Below, piece after piece: positions 59,583 to 64,000 of a DNA stretch of 64,000 nucleotides. A program made the translations under genes and the position numbers. Every line of letters begins with the position of its first letter. The stretch's first letter is position 1. Below the pieces are notes generated by a model. It had not been told where the DNA came from. It did no database searches and saw only the letters and a program-made list of their open reading frames with translations. The DNA comes from an uncultured Eubacteriales bacterium (GTDB lineage Bacteria; Bacillota; Clostridia; Lachnospirales; Lachnospiraceae), in the NCBI GenBank assembly GCA_949283695.1, contig CASDTX010000035.1, positions 11,296-75,295 on the forward strand. Direction: 5' to 3'.

Positions 59583-60227
59583 TCAACTTTTGTCCATATA
59601 GCTGTACAATGTGAATTTTGATATCCCCAGCAGGGAGGATACTTTGTCGCCGGACTTCGTAATCAGGAACGCGCCGGCCTCGTTCAGATACTGCACAACA
59701 GCGGTTTTATCCTCTTTATTCATCAGAGCTACGGGCTTCCCGACTTTTGCGATGGCCTGCTCGATCAGCAGATCCAAAAGCTCGGTCACGTTGTGCGTGA
59801 TCGTCTGGGGCGCATCTGCGCCTGTCTCCGCAGTCTCTTCCGGACCAGTCTGTACCAGTCCGTGAACGGCGTTCTCAATGGCCAGAAGCGTAGTGATATC
59901 ATAATTGATCGAAAAGATATAAGCAATCCGACCGTTCTCATCCCTGATGTAGAGGGTACTCGATTTCAGAATCCGTCCGTCCTCGGTCCTGGTCAGATAC
60001 GCGAGCTTATCCTTGACTTTTCCGGGATCCGACCGAAGGGTTTCCAGCACGATTCCGGAAGGACCGTCGCCGGCATGGCGGTTGGACACATGCCCGTTCT
60101 CTATGTAGACAATGGAGTTGTCTAAGCGCTTCTTTGACAAATCGTGGATGACAATCTCGCAGGAATTGCCGAACTGAGCTGTCAGGCCGTGGGCGAGCTG
60201 CTTTAAAAATTCGAGTTTCTGAACCAT
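59583..60227 (-). CDS. YheO-like PAS + HTH transcriptional regulator
   Basis: 'QFGNSCEIVIHDL', 'IENGHVSNR', 'LKSST', 'GAFLITKSGDKV...LGISKFTLYSY'. Confidence 0.92.
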   Translation of the reverse strand: MVQKLEFLKQLAHGLTAQFGNSCEIVIHDLSKKRLDNSIVYIENGHVSNRHAGDGPSGIVLETLRSDPGKVKDKLAYLTRTEDGRILKSSTLYIRDENGRIAYIFSINYDITTLLAIENAVHGLVQTGPEETAETGADAPQTITHNVTELLDLLIEQAIAKVGKPVALMNKEDKTAVVQYLNEAGAFLITKSGDKVSSLLGISKFTLYSYMDKS

Positions 60228-60312
60228 TTTTTCACCTGCCTTTTTCCATGCGCAGAAAGCACAGCATGTTAAAAATATTCAGCGGGGAAAATGTGTTTTC
60301 TGATGTGTGTCT

Positions 60313-60428
60313 CTAAACTCATCATAGCATAAAAAAAGTGAGAGTCAATAGTTTTTCTAAAAATTTTTTAGGTAATCTAAAAATTATTTAGAATTCGTGT
60401 TGCATTTATATACATTTGATGGTATTCT
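60313..60428. promoter_or_regulatory. Divergent promoters with tandem palindromic operators (CTAAA-N5-TTTAG)
   Basis: Palindromes at 60357-60371 and 60377-60391; leftward TTGACT/TG-TATGAT, rightward TTGCAT(60400)-17-TATTCT(60423). Confidence 0.6.
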
Positions 60429-60524
60429 ATAAGAAGCAACAGGTAATTATATGCGAAGTGCACAGAAAATAAAGGGAATGTGCAAGTGATGATGTGTGGA
60501 AAATCAATAAAAAGGAGAAAAAAG

Positions 60525-61856
60525 ATGCTTGTTTTAGGTAACGGTAGAGTGATCACGAGAGACCCGGCATGTCCGTTGATAGAAGATGGGGCAGTGGCGA
60601 TTGACGGCAGGCTGATCTGTAAGGTCGGAAGTACGGAAGAGCTGCGCGCGGCATATCCGGATGCAGAGTATATTGATGCGAAGGGCGGGCTGATCATGCC
60701 TGCATTTATTAATGTACATGAACATATTTACAGTTCGTTCGCGAGAGGCCTTTCTATAAATGGCTACAATCCTCAGGGATTCCTCGATATTCTGGATGGA
60801 ATGTGGTGGACGATCGACCGGAATCTCACCCTTCATGACACTTACTTAAGCGCTATGGCGACTTATGTGGATTGTATTAAGAACGGTGTGACCACGATTT
60901 TTGACCATCATGCAAGCTTTGGGTCCATTGAAGGTTCCCTTTTTGAGATCGAGAAGGCGGCGAAGGAGACGGGAGTCCGCTCCTGTCTGTGCTATGAGAT
61001 CTCGGACAGGGACGGAATGGAGAAGGCAAGGGCGTCTGTGATGGAAAATGCGGAGTTTATCCGTCACGCACTGAAAGATGATACAGGCATGATTGCCGGC
61101 ATGATGGGCATGCATGCGCAGTTTACGATCTCAGATGAGACCATGGAACTGGCAGCGGCAAACAAACCGGACGAAGTGGGATATCATATTCATGTAGCCG
61201 AAGGAATCGAAGATCTGCACCACTGCCTGAAGCATTATGGCAAGCGGATTGTGGACCGTCTCATGGATCACAATATTTTAGGAGAGAAAACACTTCTCGG
61301 ACACTGTATTTATATCAATCCTCATGAGATGGATCTGATCAAAGAGACAGGCACGATGGTGGTACATAATCCGGAGTCCAATATGGGCAACGCCTGCGGA
61401 TGCCCGCCGACGATGGAACTGGTGCACCGGGGAATCCTGACCGGTCTTGGAACAGACGGCTATACCCATGATATGATGGAATCCTTCAAGGTGGCCAATG
61501 TGCTGCACAAGCATCATCTCTGTGATCCCAACACAGCTTGGGCGGAGGTGCCGCAGATGCTTTTTGAGAACAATGCGAAAATCGCAGGCAGATATTTCCC
61601 GCAGGAGCTGGGTGTTCTGAAGGAAGGCGCAGCCGGCGATGTGATCATCGTGGCCTATAATCCGCTGACGCCGATGAATGCGGGAAATATCAACGGACAT
61701 CTGGTATTCGGCGTGACCGGACATGATGTGGTCACAACGGTGGCGAATGGAAAGGTCCTGATGAAGGACAGAAGACTGACCCAGATTGATGAGGCAAAGG
61801 TTATGGCAGACTGCCGTCAGGCGGCGAAAGAGCTGGCTGACAGAATTAATGCATAG
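60525..61856 (+). CDS. ssnA: Putative aminohydrolase SsnA
   Basis: 'INVHEHIYS', 'GVTTIFDHHAS', 'CYEISDRDG', 'GMHAQFT', 'HIHVAEG', 'HNPESNMGN', 'GLGTDG'. Confidence 0.93.
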   Translation: MLVLGNGRVITRDPACPLIEDGAVAIDGRLICKVGSTEELRAAYPDAEYIDAKGGLIMPAFINVHEHIYSSFARGLSINGYNPQGFLDILDGMWWTIDRNLTLHDTYLSAMATYVDCIKNGVTTIFDHHASFGSIEGSLFEIEKAAKETGVRSCLCYEISDRDGMEKARASVMENAEFIRHALKDDTGMIAGMMGMHAQFTISDETMELAAANKPDEVGYHIHVAEGIEDLHHCLKHYGKRIVDRLMDHNILGEKTLLGHCIYINPHEMDLIKETGTMVVHNPESNMGNACGCPPTMELVHRGILTGLGTDGYTHDMMESFKVANVLHKHHLCDPNTAWAEVPQMLFENNAKIAGRYFPQELGVLKEGAAGDVIIVAYNPLTPMNAGNINGHLVFGVTGHDVVTTVANGKVLMKDRRLTQIDEAKVMADCRQAAKELADRINA

Positions 61857-61947
61857 ACAGCCCGGAACGACGGTACGGATGATACGAAAACAAAAAAAGG
61901 AAGGGCCCGGCACTGTATCCGCCGGGGGAAATAATGGGTGATGAAAA

Positions 61948-63375
61948 ATGAGCGATACAAAGCAGAAACGTGACAATTCAGAATTATTTAAGTGGGACGG
62001 CAGACCGTCCGTGGGACAGATGCTTCCCCTTGCCGCACAGCATGTGCTGGCGGCGGTCGTCGGGTGCGTGACTCCTGCCATTCTTGTGGCAAATGCGGCA
62101 AACAATGCCGGCGGCAATGTAAACATGGGACTTCTGATCCAGGTGTCGCTGGTGTTCGCAGCACTTTCAACACTGCTGCAGTTATATGCACAGAAGATCC
62201 GGCTGGGAAGCGGACTCCCGGTGATCATCGGTGTCAGCTTTGCCTATGTTCCGACGATGACAGCCATTGCAGCGCAGGCTAAGGATGTGAACACCATTTT
62301 CGGAGCCATGATTGTGGGCGGTGTAGTGGCGATCCTGGTAGGCTTGTTTATCCGGCAGATCCGGCGGGTGTTCCCTCCGCTTGTAATCGGAACGGTTATT
62401 CTGGCCATCGGACTTTCCCTGTATAGTACGGCGGTCAACTATATGGCAGGAAATTCTTCCAATACATATGAAGTAATTGTCGAACAGCAGGGAAAGACAG
62501 AAGCGCTGGTCTACGGCTCATGGCAGAACTGGCTCGTTGCATTTATTACACTGACCATCGTAGTTCTTCTGAACCATTACGGAAAAGGCCTGTTCAAGCT
62601 GGCGTCAATTCTGATCGGACTCCTCTGCGGTTATGTGGTGGCACTTTTCTTCGGCATGGTTGACTTCTCGGCGCTGTCAAGTGCAGGATGGTTCCAGGTA
62701 CCGATGCCGCTGGCTTTCGGACTGAAGTTTGATATCTCGGCGATCCTGCCCCTTGGGATTCTGTTCCTCGTCAATTCGATTCAGGCGATGGGGGATTTCT
62801 CGGCGACGACGACAGGCGGTATGGACCGGCTGCCGACAGACGATGAATTGAACGGCGGTATCATCGGATATGGAGTCAGCAATATTGTCAGTGCGTTCTT
62901 CGGATGTCCTCCGACGGCGACCTATAGCCAGAACGTGGGAATCGTCGGATCTACAAGAGTTGTGGCAAGAAGGGTGTTCTCCCTGGCAGCGGGGATCCTT
63001 CTGGTGGCAGGTCTGATTCCGAAGTTCTCTGCACTGCTGCGGACGATTCCCCAGTGTGTGCTGGGCGGCGCGGTTGCGTCTGTGTTCGCGTCCATTGCCA
63101 TGACCGGAATCAAACTGCTTGTAACAGAGAAGCTGACCTACCGCAATACAAGCGTTGCCGGCCTTTCGATCGCAATCGGCATGGGTGTGTCCTTAAGTGA
63201 CGGCTGTCTGAATCAGATGACACAGAGCATCCACAGCGCACTGAACATGAGCATGAGCCTGGAGAGCTTCCAGTCCATTATCAACAATACCTTCGCATCA
63301 TCCCCGGTAGTCCTGGCGACGATTTTCGCAGTGATTCTGAACCTGATCCTGCCGAAAGACAAACCGGAAGATTAA
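61948..63375 (+). CDS. NCS2/NAT nucleobase permease (xanthine/urate, YgfU/UacT-like)
   Basis: 'QHVLA', 'GVSFAY', 'FPPLV.G', NAT motif 'YSQNVGIV..TR', 'VLGG'. Confidence 0.93.
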   Translation: MSDTKQKRDNSELFKWDGRPSVGQMLPLAAQHVLAAVVGCVTPAILVANAANNAGGNVNMGLLIQVSLVFAALSTLLQLYAQKIRLGSGLPVIIGVSFAYVPTMTAIAAQAKDVNTIFGAMIVGGVVAILVGLFIRQIRRVFPPLVIGTVILAIGLSLYSTAVNYMAGNSSNTYEVIVEQQGKTEALVYGSWQNWLVAFITLTIVVLLNHYGKGLFKLASILIGLLCGYVVALFFGMVDFSALSSAGWFQVPMPLAFGLKFDISAILPLGILFLVNSIQAMGDFSATTTGGMDRLPTDDELNGGIIGYGVSNIVSAFFGCPPTATYSQNVGIVGSTRVVARRVFSLAAGILLVAGLIPKFSALLRTIPQCVLGGAVASVFASIAMTGIKLLVTEKLTYRNTSVAGLSIAIGMGVSLSDGCLNQMTQSIHSALNMSMSLESFQSIINNTFASSPVVLATIFAVILNLILPKDKPED

Positions 63376-63407
63376 GAAAACAAAACCTGCAACAGGAGGA
63401 AAAAATC

Positions 63408-64000
63408 ATGAGTGATATTATGAGACCGATGTCATTTGCCCAGCTGCTTGACTGGACACTGACAGAACATAAAGAGAAAGGGACGGTGTTCGGTGAGCAC
63501 CATCCCTACCGTGCGGACGCAAAGTTCATGCGGACGATTTTTGAGCGTCCGCTGGAGACGCCTATCGGCCCGGCGGCCGGCCCTCATACACAGCTGGCGC
63601 AGAATATTGTGGCAGCCTATTACACCGGCAGCCGTTTCTTCGAGCTGAAGACAGTGCAGATCATGGATGGCGCAGAGTTATCTGCCTGCGTGAACAAGCC
63701 GTGTATCAAGGCGGACGACGAGTGCTACAACTGCGAGTGGTCCACAGAGCTGTATGTACCGGAAGCCATGGAAGAGTACATTAAAGCATGGTTCCTGTGC
63801 AAGGTGATTGCCAAAGAATTTCAGCTGGGCAGCATGGACGGTTTCCAGTTCAACATCAGTGTAGGGTACGATCTGGCGGGCATCCAGTCTGAGAAGATCG
63901 ACCATTTCTTAAATACGATGAAACACGCTCAGAATTCGGAAGTGTTTCAGTCCTGCAAGGCATATCTCTTAGAGCACGCGGACCGGTTCGAGCATGTGAC
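63408..64000 (+). CDS. ygfK: YgfK putative oxidoreductase (truncated by the window edge)
   Basis: AGGAGG RBS; MSDIMRPMSF...ETPIGPAAGPHTQLAQNIVAAY.TGSRFFELKTVQ...KPCI...DECYNCEWSTEL...FNISVGYDL. Confidence 0.92.
   Translation, partial: MSDIMRPMSFAQLLDWTLTEHKEKGTVFGEHHPYRADAKFMRTIFERPLETPIGPAAGPHTQLAQNIVAAYYTGSRFFELKTVQIMDGAELSACVNKPCIKADDECYNCEWSTELYVPEAMEEYIKAWFLCKVIAKEFQLGSMDGFQFNISVGYDLAGIQSEKIDHFLNTMKHAQNSEVFQSCKAYLLEHADRFEHV

Noticed and set aside
1-64000. CRISPR array, rRNA, prophage or IS transposase
   Set aside because: No regularly spaced repeats, rRNA sequence or recognisable phage or transposase proteins were seen.
50250-64000. Selenocysteine (UGA) recoding in the selenium-associated purine cluster
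   Set aside because: All ORFs appear full length without an internal TGA requiring read-through.

Overview
64-kb chromosomal segment of an anaerobic Firmicute; the gene set, T-box/M-box/guanine riboswitches and sigma-A promoters suggest a Lachnospiraceae-like Clostridia genome. From left to right: (1) a ferredoxin/F420-hydrogenase-beta-like gene; (2) a 7.6-kb block bounded by an exact 18-bp direct repeat, carrying a GntR regulator, two paralogous cupins, two FrlC-like TIM-barrel epimerases, a polar amino-acid ABC importer and an AEC transporter; (3) a Wadjet/MksBEF-like jetABC operon with no jetD in the window; (4) a DUF1538 + tandem PII-like pair, MarR with a heterodimeric ABC exporter, an unannotated 34-aa ORF, an orphan hicB, an MFS gene and tRNA-Gly(GCC); (5) a probably LysR-controlled glycyl-radical-enzyme (GRE) locus of activase, GRE, YkvI-like transporter, Fe-ADH and PatB/MalY C-S lyase, whose active-site loops match no characterised GRE I recall. 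This is the best candidate for an undescribed pathway; (6) housekeeping genes (hom, thyA-folA, Zn/Mn ABC, yhhN-like, Val T-box-ilvBN, ilvE, M-box-mgtE, gamma-CA, pepD); (7) an anaerobic purine/urate degradation cluster (xdhC-like, guanine riboswitch-guaD-xdhA-fused xdhBC, arcC, ridA, ygeW, ygeY, dpaL, YheO-like regulator, ssnA, NCS2 permease, truncated ygfK). A degenerate intergenic repeat family is scattered through the window. No CRISPR array, rRNA, integrase or transposase was seen. All calls come from reading motifs; no database search was run.
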